Below the pieces are notes generated by a model. It saw only the letters and a list, made by a program, of their open reading frames with translations, ran no database searches and had not been told where the DNA came from. Below are positions 25,499 to 36,344 of a stretch of DNA of 64,000 nucleotides, piece by piece (position 1 is the stretch's first letter; each line of letters starts with the position of its first letter). The position numbers and the translations under genes were made by a program. Source of the DNA: Octopus vulgaris (lineage: Eukaryota); NCBI GenBank assembly GCA_951406725.2, contig OX597814.1, forward strand, positions 186,930,001-186,994,000, given 5' to 3'.

Positions 25499-28411
25499 TC
25501 ACTCGCTCCCGCACCTGAAACTGGTTTCATAGTCAGCCAACCAGGGAGGAGGGTGCCGTTCCCTCTGTGGTCGCAGTGCGACCCTAGGACTTGTTTCTGA
25601 CGTGTTGCTGCTGACCTCGTCATCCTGTCTGTTGTTATCGTCTTGCCCACTGTTGCTTGTCCCATCCTCCGGGGCATGGACAATCCTCCGTATGTCCAAA
25701 ACGTGGCGTGGCATACCATCGACCGAGATGTTATTCTTTGAATTTACGGAGGTTATTGTCCCCTTTCCCCATTGCGATGTACACCGTGCATTTGGGGGTT
25801 TTACCCAGACTTCCTCCCCGACCTGCACGAAGGCGTGCTCTTCCTCTGCCCCGGGTCGCATTGATGTAGTACACGGATGCCTCCACTCGTATCTGAATAT
25901 TGCCCTGTGTGGCACCGACTCCTCAGCCTGTCCTGATCTGGGCGACATGTTGTACCAAAACACGGCCTCGACTGGTGAAATGTGACCCCTCTCTGCCATG
26001 GCCTTGATGGTACGATGATGCCTTTCCACCACCCCGTTTCCACTTGGCCGGTATGCCGCCCTGAAGAAGCGGTTAACCTTCCACTCATCAAGCATTTCTC
26101 TCAGCGCCTCCGAGCGAAATGCAGTGCCATTGTCCAGAAGCAGTTCATCCACGGGGCCTTGTTCCAGGAATATCTCGTTCAACACTTTCGCAATTTCTTC
26201 TGCGGTTCCCGGCCTCATCTCCCTCCATATGGCGAACCGCCCCGGTCCGCAGTCAACCATTGAGAGGTATGTCCCCTGCCGGTAGTGTGTTATGTCCACC
26301 GCCAGTCGTCTCCAGTCCTGGTCCACTGGAATACTTCCCGCTTCATGCACGACCGGAGCAGGGTCGATGGACTGGCACCTGTCACAACTGCTAACCACTC
26401 TCCGCACGCTCTGTCTTGTTACGTCGGAGTCGACTTTTCTGGCTAGGAACAACGTCCTATCCACACCCATGTGATGCATGGTGTGCAGTCTCCGCAACTC
26501 CGAGTCGCTCAGATGGCATACTGCAGCTACATCCTGCTTCGCATCCTCTGGCACTTGCAACCAGGCTCGCTTTACCCTGGTCGGGACGTCTGCCCTGTTC
26601 TTCTCGGAAGGCACAAAGACCACGCTCAGCTTCAGATTGAACTCAGTGGTTAGTTCACGCAGTATTCCTAATCGACGCTTTACCAGCATTTCTGCAGCCC
26701 CTTTGGTCCGCACCCTCCGCTCATCGGTGATGACTGCCGTCGCCCAACCAAGTACAGTGGCTGAATCAGTCCTGATTTCTATGGTGTGCAACCCCCACTT
26801 CAAGGCTAGGTTCACCCCCTTCAGCACGGCTTCCAACTCCGCCACGTTGATGTGACTGCAGTCATCCATCTTCCTGAGCCAGGCTGCATTTTCCACCGTG
26901 ACGCCTCCCACTTCCAAGACGACCCCTATTGCGATGCTACTGGCATCACACCATACGATCCCGCTCTTTGATTTGGGAACATACCAGCTGCCCCTCACCG
27001 GGTCCTCTGCTCCTACTCTGACCAGGACTTCCTGCATCATGTCGATCGTCCTCTCCCCCACTTTATCATTCCACTTCACTCCTTCGGCTCGTCTCTTGAT
27101 GAAGCTGCATGCTGTCCGGAGCCAGCCTGCAATCGGGTAGTGTCCCACCAGTTTCCCACACACAGAGAACAGTTCCCGTCTACTCATGCTGGCGCCCAGT
27201 TCAGGGATCTCATTCCCTCGCCGGAACACCAAGGCGCCGGCTTTGTCTCTCCATAGCTTGAGGCCCAGTGCAGCACCTCCCTCCATAGCCTCTGGCGGCT
27301 TGGCGATTTGTCCCAAACTCTTCAGGTGGCCTATGACCTCCGTTGCTGGTATCACGGTTTCATCCACCAGAATGTCGTCGATGTATGAATTGGTGGCCCT
27401 TTTTACTCTGTCCACCTTCCCCAGGATGGCCTTGAGAATTGTTGCCATAATCTTCGGCGCTGAATTCAGCCCGAATCCCAACCTGGTCAGACAGTACGTC
27501 CGGCCCCTATACCTGACGAGCTGGTACCTCCATAGTTTCTCAGCCACATGCACCTGAAGGTATGCCGACTTTAAATCGACAATCGTGGAGGCCCCCGCCG
27601 TCTGCCTCCACTCTCGCAAGGTGTCTCCGCAGACATCCGTGGCCTCGCCGCCTGTATGACACGACACGTGGTCATTCAGCTCTCGGAAGTTGAGCACTGG
27701 CCTGACCTTACGCTTTGTGGGCTGTATCACCGCCATCAGTGGCAGGACTCCGCTCTCTTCTTTTTCCCAGGGGATCAGTATGCCCTCCTTAATCCACCGC
27801 TCCACCTCCCCCTCGAACTCACTTCTGGCATCTCCTTTTAGAGTATGCTGATAGCAGCCCACTTTATTCTTTAACATCGGGGGCTCTCCCTTCCAGTGCC
27901 ACTCCACTGTCCACCTCTTGCCATCAAAGACAGCCCGAAAATCCTGGTCTTCAATGGTGTGCGCCGCATCCATTTCCTCACGGTTGTCGTCGGTGCGTGG
28001 TCTTGCCCTACAAGGCTTCCCTGCTAGCCCAAACGTTACGCCAGCCTCGTTGACGGTAACACCTCCCAGATGGGTGATCGCATCCATCCCCATCACCATG
28101 TCGATCTCGTCCACCAAGTGACCGACCACAATCGCTCGCAACGTCAGCTGCAGTCCCTGCACCACAATCTGCGCATCCGTAACCCCTTCGCAGTGCACTT
28201 CTCTTCCGTCGACTGCCCTAACACTGCTTCCTCCACTCCACGTCTCTGCCACTTCTGTGGTCATCAGGGTCGTCGTACAGCCCGTGTCCACCAGGGCTCG
28301 CGACATCTTCCCCTTCACCAGAATGTCGACCACAGGTAACGATGAGAAACGCGCCGCTACTAATCCAAAGGGACAACTACCGGCGCAGTAGTCTCCCGCG
28401 GTCCGTTTCCC
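25499..28411 (-). CDS. pol: Pol polyprotein (protease, RT, RNase H, integrase), reached by -1 frameshift
   Basis: ALVDTGC; IVDLKSAY, YIDD; WCDAS, ELEAV, TDS; HHCC (HTMHH...CDRC); VDITH, LDNG, VERHH; no internal stops. Confidence 0.95.
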   Translation of the reverse strand, partial: GKRTAGDYCAGSCPFGLVAARFSSLPVVDILVKGKMSRALVDTGCTTTLMTTEVAETWSGGSSVRAVDGREVHCEGVTDAQIVVQGLQLTLRAIVVGHLVDEIDMVMGMDAITHLGGVTVNEAGVTFGLAGKPCRARPRTDDNREEMDAAHTIEDQDFRAVFDGKRWTVEWHWKGEPPMLKNKVGCYQHTLKGDARSEFEGEVERWIKEGILIPWEKEESGVLPLMAVIQPTKRKVRPVLNFRELNDHVSCHTGGEATDVCGDTLREWRQTAGASTIVDLKSAYLQVHVAEKLWRYQLVRYRGRTYCLTRLGFGLNSAPKIMATILKAILGKVDRVKRATNSYIDDILVDETVIPATEVIGHLKSLGQIAKPPEAMEGGAALGLKLWRDKAGALVFRRGNEIPELGASMSRRELFSVCGKLVGHYPIAGWLRTACSFIKRRAEGVKWNDKVGERTIDMMQEVLVRVGAEDPVRGSWYVPKSKSGIVWCDASSIAIGVVLEVGGVTVENAAWLRKMDDCSHINVAELEAVLKGVNLALKWGLHTIEIRTDSATVLGWATAVITDERRVRTKGAAEMLVKRRLGILRELTTEFNLKLSVVFVPSEKNRADVPTRVKRAWLQVPEDAKQDVAAVCHLSDSELRRLHTMHHMGVDRTLFLARKVDSDVTRQSVRRVVSSCDRCQSIDPAPVVHEAGSIPVDQDWRRLAVDITHYRQGTYLSMVDCGPGRFAIWREMRPGTAEEIAKVLNEIFLEQGPVDELLLDNGTAFRSEALREMLDEWKVNRFFRAAYRPSGNGVVERHHRTIKAMAERGHISPVEAVFWYNMSPRSGQAEESVPHRAIFRYEWRHPCTTSMRPGAEEEHAFVQVGEEVWVKPPNARCTSQWGKGTITSVNSKNNISVDGMPRHVLDIRRIVHAPEDGTSNSGQDDNNRQDDEVSSNTSETSPRVALRPQRERHPPPWLADYETSFRCGSE
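28351..28411 (-). promoter_or_regulatory. -1 ribosomal frameshift signal: G GGA AAC plus H-type pseudoknot
   Basis: Heptamer 28405-28411 in gag frame, pol in the -1 frame, 7 nt spacer, stem 1 GGGA-GACTAC/GTAGTT-G-TCCC, stem 2 GCGCCG/CGGCGC. Confidence 0.85.
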
Positions 28412-29106
28412 CGCAGACACTCGCTAGCCACATGCCCCGGCTCTCGACACCGGTAGCAAATCACCTCAGGCTTGGGCGACGCGCAGTCACGGACCATGTG
28501 TGGACCCTGGCACCGGAAACACTGTCCCTTGAACGATCGCACGCGTTCTTTCCCCAGCCCCTCTCCGTTGCTCCTAGCTGGGCCACTTTTCGTCGCTGCT
28601 ACCGACGTCGACCTGCTGCACGACACCAGTACACGTGCCTGCGATATGATCTCGGCCATCGGCATCGAACGCACGTTCGGGAGCTTCTGTAGCTCGATCG
28701 ACATAATGTCGGGAAAGCCGGTCACGAACGCTAACCTAACCGTGCATTCTAGCGACTCTCCCTCATATCCCGCAAGTTTAGCCAACCTTCTAAGCTCACC
28801 GGCGAACACGTCCACCTGTTGTCCTGTCCACCTCATTCTACCCAGTCGAGTGTACACTTCAAACATTCCTTCCGCGAAGGCCTCCATAAGTCGGATCTCC
28901 ACCTTGTCCGCGCTGAGTTGGTCCGTCTCCTCCATCTCCAGATATAACGCCAACGCCGGGCCATCCAAATACAACGGCATAAAACTAGCCAGGTCAGCTA
29001 TGCCGTGTAGCTTCGCCACCAATTTTACCCTCCTCAACCAAGCGACCACGTCGGTGTCGCCGCAAAACGGTGTTATAGGGTCGCGTGAAATCATAGCAGT
29101 CTGCAT
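28360..29106 (-). CDS. gag: Gag with two zinc knuckles (248 aa)
   Basis: CFRCQGPHMVRDC and CYRCREPGHVASEC; ATG 47 nt after the 5' LTR. Confidence 0.92.
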   Translation of the reverse strand: MQTAMISRDPITPFCGDTDVVAWLRRVKLVAKLHGIADLASFMPLYLDGPALALYLEMEETDQLSADKVEIRLMEAFAEGMFEVYTRLGRMRWTGQQVDVFAGELRRLAKLAGYEGESLECTVRLAFVTGFPDIMSIELQKLPNVRSMPMAEIISQARVLVSCSRSTSVAATKSGPARSNGEGLGKERVRSFKGQCFRCQGPHMVRDCASPKPEVICYRCREPGHVASECLRGNGPRETTAPVVVPLD

Positions 29107-29141
29107 AATTTTCTATTTTTACGAAACCGAGTGATTATTTT

Positions 29142-29153
29142 GCCGAAATAGCT
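29142..29153 (-). other. non-canonical primer-binding site complementary to tRNA-Phe nt 1-12
   Basis: Sense AGCTATTTCGGC abuts the LTR CA end; its complement GCCGAAATAGCT is the recalled 5' end of metazoan tRNA-Phe(GAA). Confidence 0.7.
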
Positions 29154-29427
29154 TGTAGTATGTGTGGTGAAAGGAGTGTAACAGAACAAGGAAAGAATTA
29201 GAAGTGTAATTTGGTCTTACCTGCGGAGATGAAGTCGGATCGCCTTTGGCCAACTCGCTAACGTGTTGTCGTCTTCGTGTCTTGCTCGAGTCTGTCTCGC
29301 CTGGTCAATGCTGCACGTGCGTTCTGTCTGTCACTTCCGCTTCCGCCGGCGCATGCGCCCTGCAAGACCTGCAATCCCCACTTCTGCTCCCTCCCACTCC
29401 GTCACACTCCTTCAACACCACACCACA
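29154..29427 (-). repeat. 5' LTR
   Basis: Direct repeat of 25189-25462. Confidence 0.95.
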
Positions 29428-31223
29428 CCTCTGTACTTAGCTTTCTTTGATATGGAGAAATCCTTTGACAGGGTCCCCTGATCCCTTATCAGGTGGTCTA
29501 TGAGGAAACTAGGGACAGATAAATGGTTAGTGAGAGCTGTACAAGCCATGTACAGGGATGCTGTCAGTAAGGTGAGAGTTGGCAATGAGTACAGTGAAGA
29601 ATTCCAGGTAGGGGTAAGGGTCCACAAAGGATCAGTCCTCAGCCCCCTCTTATTCATCATAGTTCTCCAGGCAATAACAGAGGAATTCAAGACAGGATGC
29701 CACTGGGAGCTTCTCTATGCTGATGACCTTGCTCTAATTGCTGAGTGACTATCAGAACTAGAGATGAAGTTTCAGGTGTGGAAGCAAAGACTAGAATCGA
29801 AGGGCCTTAGAGTCAACCTAGCTAAGTCTTAATAAGTAGGAAGGCAGATAAACCACAAATGCCTTTAGGTAGATGGCCCTGCTTGATATGTAGAAAACAG
29901 TGTAGGTAGAAACTACATAAGATACATCTGGTGTAAGCTATGGACACATAAGTAGTGCAGCAATATCAAAGGAAGGGTAACTGGGAAGATAGTTTTTGTG
30001 TGTGGCAAATGCTCAGGAGCAATAAACACTGAAAGTGAGCAGAGAAGAGCTTCTGTCACATTCCAGGGAAAAAAGCTGCAAGTAGTTGATAGCTTCAGTT
30101 ACCTAGCTCACCAAGTTATTAGCAGGGAAGGATGCTCTGAAAGTGTAGTAACTAGAATAGCCTGGGCAAAGTTCAGAGAGCTCCTACCTCTGCTGGTAAC
30201 AAAGGGCCTCTCACTCAGAGTAAAAGGTAGACTATATCATGCATGTGTGTGAACAGCTATACTACATGGCAGTAAAACATGGGCCGTGACTGCTGAGGAC
30301 ATGCGTAAGGTTGCAAGAAATGAAGCCAGAAGGTGTTGTTGGATGTGTAATGTCAGTGTGCATACTCTACAGAGAAAAGTTGGACTTAAGAAGCACCAGA
30401 TGTTGTGTGCAAGAGAGAACTGTGATAGTATGGTCATGTGTTGCAAATAGATGAGGACAGCTGTGTGAAAAAGTGTTTGTACCCTATCAGTTGAGAGAAC
30501 CTGAGGTAGACCCAGGAAGACCTGGGATGAGGGAGTGAAGCACGACCTTCATACATTGGGCCTTACCAAGGCAATGACAAGTGACCGAGACCTTTGGAGA
30601 TATGCTGTGACTGAGAAGACCCGGCAAGCCAAGTGAGCTTATGCCAGTGCTGCATAACCTGCCCATTTAAGAGTACCCTTCACTCATTGGATAATAAACT
30701 ACGCTTCTAGAGATTTTAGAAATTTTTACTACCAGTGGCCTAGCATATAGAAAAATTAGTCAATAGACTATATATTATTCATATAAAATACAGTGTACAT
30801 TCAAACACATTAAGATAGTAAAAATTTCTAAAATCTTTATTACCCTGATATTAATTATGTATAATGATTTCTGGAAAATTTGTTTGAAAAAATTGCTGGC
30901 ATTTTTTTGCTGCTGACAAAAAGCTGTGCTTGTGCGGTGGATTTGAAAAATTAAAATGTATAAGCAAGAGGCACATGCTGGATTGGCCTTGTGCTTATAT
31001 GTTTAATCTTGGCATGCCTGTTGATGAAGACACTGCCTGGCAAATTATTTTCTTTGCTAAAAAAAGTCAGAAAATATGGTTCAGAATATAGATGGTAAAT
31101 ATTTTATTTTTGATTATATATATATAATTTTGATTGTACACATATAATTTTGATTATATATATATAATTTTGATTATATATATATTTTGATTTTATATAT
31201 ATATATATAATTTTGATTATATA

Positions 31224-32851
31224 CTGTTGCGGCCAAAATGTTCAGAACAGCATTGTTTTCGCCAGAAAAATAGGCATAAGTTTTTATCAAAGTTGTTTTA
31301 TATTCTATAATTTTCACACACAATAAATACAATATTAACTGTTATTGTCTGAGATTTTGGTGTAATTTGAGAGGATAATACAAAAGTTATGGATGATTTA
31401 GTGATTTACTGCAAAACCCATGGCGGCTAAAATGATCAGAACGGTTGCTTTTCTCCGTGTTTTAGTATATTTAACTGGCGAACTCTAATGTTTTGAATTT
31501 GTTTCTGTGATGGTTTGTTTCCTAAACATTAGTAAGAATATCTGCAGCGTACTTTGTAAATATAATGCCACTTAATCCGTTACCAATTCGTCAGCAGATT
31601 ATTAAGCTTCGAAAGAAGGATAATTTAAGTATTGGGTCTATTGCAAAGATTGTTAACAAGTCAAAAAGTGTTGTTCACGGTATTCTTAAGGTCTTCGATG
31701 ATTGTGGTTCATGTGAAGCAAGAAAGTCTACAGGTAGGCCAAGAAAAACGACCAAGAGAGAAGATCGTGCTATGGTAAAGTTGGTTATAAAAGACAGATT
31801 TAAAACTGCTGCTGCTGTTTCTCGGGAAATGAGCATTGTACTGAAGAAAACTTTATCTCGAAAAACTGTTTCTCATCGTTTAGTTGAACATAACCTACAA
31901 GCAAGATCACCTGCAGTGAAGCCACTGATCAGCTCCAAAAATAAAAAGTGTCGTCTTACCTTTGCAACCGAACATGTGTTGTGGTCTCAAGAAAAATGGC
32001 AAATGGTGCATTTCAGTGATGAATCTAAGTTTATGTTATTTGGCTCAGATGGGAAAAGGTACGTTCGTTGAAAAGTAGGTGAAAAATTGTCGCCTAAATG
32101 CCTTAAGACTAGTGTTAAATTTGGTGGAGGAAGTGTCATGGTTTGGGGAATAATATCTGGAGATGGTGTGGGCTCTTTGGTGCGATTACATGGAAAGATA
32201 AATGCAGGTGTTTATAAACAACTTGTAAAAGATCATGTCTTGCCTGTGCTGAGAAACTCAACTAAGCGACCATCCATATTCATGCAGGACAATGCCCCAT
32301 GTCACAAGGCTAAGGTGGTCATGAACTTCCTCAAGGCTGAAAAGGTTATTATTATGGATTGGCCTGCTCAAAGCCCAGATCTCAATCCTATTGAAAATGT
32401 GTGGTATATTCTAGGAGCACGTTTGAAAGCCAGAAATCCTAAAACAACCGAGCAATTATGGAATGCCCTTCAGGAAGAATGGAATAAGATCACCTAGCAA
32501 GAAATTGAAAATTTAATTTCCTCATGCAGTCAAAGATGTCAAAGTGTGATTGAAGCTAAAGGGCTTCACACTAAATATTAAATAAATCCAGTATTCTCTG
32601 TCATTTTTGATTATTTTGTTATTTTTTCAACCGTTCTGATCATTTTGGCCGCCATGGATTTTGCAGTAAATCACTAAATCATCCATAACTTTTGTATTAT
32701 CCTCTCAAATTACACCAAAATCTCAGACAATAACAATTAATATTGTATTTATTGTCTGTGAAAATTATAGAACATAAAACAACTTTGATAAAAACTTATA
32801 CCTACTTTTCTGGCGAAAACAATGCCGTTCTGAAAATTTTGGCCGCAACTG
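31224..32851 (+). mobile_element. full-length Tc1 (DD34E) transposon with long IR/DR TIRs
   Basis: ~224 bp TIRs 31224-31447 / 32628-32851, TA flanks, direct repeat GCGGC.AAAATG.TCAGAAC at both ends of each TIR. Confidence 0.95.
31565..32581 (+). pseudogene. Tc1 transposase, 338 codons, two nonsense codons
   Basis: GRPRK, FSDESKF, QDNAPCH, SPDLNPIE (34 residues between D and E); TGA 32069-32071 and TAG 32495-32497, no frameshift. Confidence 0.92.
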
Positions 32852-32947
32852 TATATATATATATATATTGATTGATTGATTGATTCTAGTTTCAGCTCAT
32901 GAGCTGTGGCCATGCTGGGGCACTGCCATATATATGTATATATATAT

Positions 32948-34660
32948 AAAATCAAAATAAGCAACAGGATATCAAGTAGTGATGCAGTACAACCATTTCA
33001 AGCAGCTCCATTTAATTGAACAATGCAATCATTACATCAATTTAAATGCAGTGCCATCTTCAGCTGCACAAATAAATATATAGAATTTTAACAAGATGGA
33101 AGAAATTCCTGTTGTTACTATAGTAGCTAAAAACAGACTACACTTCCAAGAATGGGATGAAGCCTATTGGGGTCATAGTGTTGTAAAGGATTGTAATTCA
33201 TTTCATATGCTTTTATCTCTTTATCAACTACTAAATCTAAGACTAGAAGACTGTGTTTATCTACTACATATGTGGGAAATTTTGTCTGTGGGGTTCTTGG
33301 CTAACTCTTCCTACATTGTTTAATCAATTTTAATGAAACTTGACACGTAACAAGAACTCATGTCTGGAAACCTCATGGAATACTCAGATTGTTGAAAAAA
33401 ATTGATAATAGCGCTCCTGGAAGGGATCCTTATATATATATCTAATATATTTTATTTTAAAATCCAAGGGAAATAACCCATTCGCCTCTGGAAGGGGACC
33501 TTATATATATAACCAAGGGCACTAACCCAGTTATTTTCATAAATTATTTGGTAAAAATAATATTGAGTATGCTTATTTCTTAGCATTTGTACTGTTAGAG
33601 ATATTTTCAGAATTTATCCAGTACAACCCTTATACAAGTTTGTTCCTAAACAATAAATCTACTTATTTCGGTAAGTGACTTATTCATGAATATACCGACA
33701 CTAGCGCCCTTGAGGGTAATATTTTCTGGGAATTCACAAAAGCCCTTTTCATAGTTATTTACTTTGAATTGTTATCATCTCATATTTAATTAGCTTGTTA
33801 TTACGTAACATACTTCACGATTTTAGTATACATACCTTATTAGTATTTCCTCCTAAGCTCTATATAGTCTGAGAATGCATTAAAGCTCTTTTCAGGGCTA
33901 CTTTGTCTGAATTCTTACTATCAGGTAACTGATTTCATGTTATTACATAACTCACTTCACAATTTGGGTATTCATAACTTGTTGGGAATTCCTAAAAGCA
34001 AAATTCTATTTTAAACAGTTCAGTATTCTCTGAAAATGTACAAAAACTGTTTTAAGGGCTACATACTTTGTAATGTTGGTATTGGATTAGTGAAACAATT
34101 ATGAGAACGGAACCAAGGGATAAGCCCCATTTTCCCGGAAATTACAGGGTACATCAGCTAGTTTTGAATAAAGGACAAAAGTGAGTTGATAGTTCGTGGC
34201 TAAGTATGGTCATAAATATTATCATATGTATTCGTTTTCCTCAGGGAAGAAAGAAGACATTAGGAGTAGTCAATTGGATATGAGTAGCCGTCTATAAAAA
34301 GAGGCTGAGTAGGGGAAGACTTTAAATCATGATGTTAATTACCAATTAAAGGGGCAAGGCACTAAGATGTAAATACAGAAGATAAGAGGTTGATAAGTAA
34401 GGATATCAAAATAAGAAAACAAAATAATAAGAATTTATAGAAAGTAATAAGAAATACATATAACGTACATTTAAAGAGACTGGGGATTAAAATTATATTA
34501 ACATGTCCTACTGGTCAAAATTCTATTTATTTATTTGTGCAACTGAAGATGGCACTGCATTGAAATTGATATAATGATTGCATTGCTCAATTACATGGAA
34601 CAGCTTGAAATGGTTGTACTGCATCACTGCTTGATATCCTGTTGCTTATTTTGATTTTAT
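32948..34660. mobile_element. PLE remnant with inverted ~145 bp ends, each carrying a hammerhead
   Basis: 32948-33092 is the reverse complement of 34516-34658; TGCA(A/G) CTGAAGA ... GAAA TGGTT GTA CTGCA. Confidence 0.65.
33260..34161 (+). mobile_element. non-autonomous Helitron-like element
   Basis: A|TC start, subterminal CCCGGAAATTACAGGG, CTAG|T end. Confidence 0.55.
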
Positions 34661-34994
34661 TCACCTTACTTTGAGCTTTGCAGATAATAATGGATTGACT
34701 TGTTGCTTCAACTTAAGTACCTAAGTACAACTTAAGTACCTAATGCAACTCAATCGCAATTATTTCTTTATATATATATACATACATACATATATATGTA
34801 TGTATGTATAAATGTATATATATATGTGTGTATATATGTATATATATATGTATGTATATACATATAGCTATATATATATGTATGTACATATGTATATATA
34901 TGTATCTATGTATGTATATATAGCTCTCTCTCTATATATATATCTACATATATATATGTATGTATATATATTTATATTTATATATATATATATA

Positions 34995-35285
34995 GGCATA
35001 GGAGTGGTTGTGTGGTAAGTAGCTTGCTTACCAACCACATGGTTCCAGGTTCAGTCCCACTGCATGACACCTTGGGCAAGTGCCTTCTACTATAGCCTCG
35101 GGCTGACCAAAGCCTTGTGAGTGGATGGAAACTGAAAGAAGCCCATCATATATATGCATATATGTGTGTGTGTGTGTGTATTTGTCCCCCCAACATCACT
35201 TGACAACCGATGGTGGTGTGTTTACGTCCCTGTAACTTAGCAGTTCGGCAAAAGAAACCAATAGAATAAGTACTAGATTTACAAA
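34995..35285 (+). mobile_element. SINE family B, 3' truncated
   Basis: GGCATAGGAGTGGTTGTGTGGTAAGTAGC ... CACCTTGGGCAAGTG. Confidence 0.8.
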
Positions 35286-35339
35286 GTTTGTAAGGAGTTA
35301 GAGACAGAAGATGGAAATGTATCACCAGCATCAAAGCAT

Positions 35340-36329
35340 AAAAAGCATTCTAAATGCTCTGAAAGCATAAGAACACTTGAATTTATCCAGCAAGTTCAAG
35401 GGACCATTGATTACAATCCCAGAAAGTGCATGAGGTCAATTGCAAAAGATCTCCATGTTTCAGAAAGAACAATCAGAAATGTTGTCCACGAAGACAGCAG
35501 ATATAAGTCTTATATGATGAGGAAAGGTCAATTTGTCAGAAAAAGCAAAAGAAATTCAATACATTCAGATCTAAAACGTTCTTAAACAGAAAAATACAGT
35601 AGCAGATATGATTTAGTTTTTCTCAAATGAGAAAAACTTCGACCAAGATCAAAAAGTTAAGAGAAGAAATGACAGATGGTTATGTGCAGACCCTTCTGAA
35701 ATTTCAAGTGTTATGCATGCAAAATTTCCTGTAGCTGTCATGGTTTTAGGGGTTGTCAGCAATGAAGGACATGTGATGCCTCTTTACTTCTTACCACAAG
35801 GCCTTAGAGTTAACTCTGCCAGCTACATTGAGGCCCTGGAAACAATTGTTAAGCCCTGGATAAACAGTGTATGCAATGGAAGGCCATATGTGTTTCAATA
35901 AGACTCTGCACTATCACACATGGTTCTAGCAACACAGGAATGGATAGTTGAAAATGTTCACGATCACATAACCCTAACTTTTGGCCTCCTAATTCCGCAG
36001 ATCTCAATCCATTCAACTATTACATGTGGATTGTTGTTTAGAGGAAGGTCAATGAACATGCCCATAACACCAAAGATTCTTTGTAAGCTGTCATGGTCAG
36101 AATAATGTCCAAAACGAACCTGGACCACTTGATTCGAGCATGTAGATAATTTAGATCTCATATAGAAGCAATTGTTGAAGCTGAAGGTGGCTTGATTGAA
36201 TTACATTATAGAAAGAAAGGTGTACTTTTAGCCTCATAGCATTTTTTGATACATAAGGTTATTACCTGTTATTATATATCTGTTTTTTCTAAACATAAAT
36301 CTAACCTTAGATACATTACACACCATGTA
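35340..36329 (+). mobile_element. decayed Tc1/mariner, probably DD37D (maT-like)
   Basis: KFPVAVMVLGVVSNEG, YVFQ*DSA, FWPPNSADLNPFNYYMW, IVEAEGG. Confidence 0.7.
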
Positions 36330-36344
36330 TATATATATATATAT

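Larger units (their letters stand above)
25189..29427 (-). mobile_element. full-length Ty3/Gypsy LTR retrotransposon (4239 bp)
   Basis: Two 274 bp TG...CA LTRs, CCTCT TSD (25184-25188, 29428-29432), open gag and pol, order PR-RT-RH-IN. Confidence 0.97.
24050..30710 (+). mobile_element. RTE LINE (APE endonuclease, RT, PHD-like finger), decayed, internally deleted, split by Gypsy
   Basis: GTFNVGTL..CIQEVRW, GDFNGHVG, NYRGIKLL; KDKP|LYLAFFDMEK rejoins across the Gypsy insertion; LLYADD; stops and frameshifts. Confidence 0.92.

Noticed and set aside
25602-29134. Plus-strand ORFs over the Gypsy element
   Set aside because: Antisense shadows of GC-rich gag/pol with no motifs.
29154-29427. Tf1-type self-priming of the Gypsy element
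   Set aside because: No sequence complementary to the post-LTR 12-mer found in the LTR by eye.
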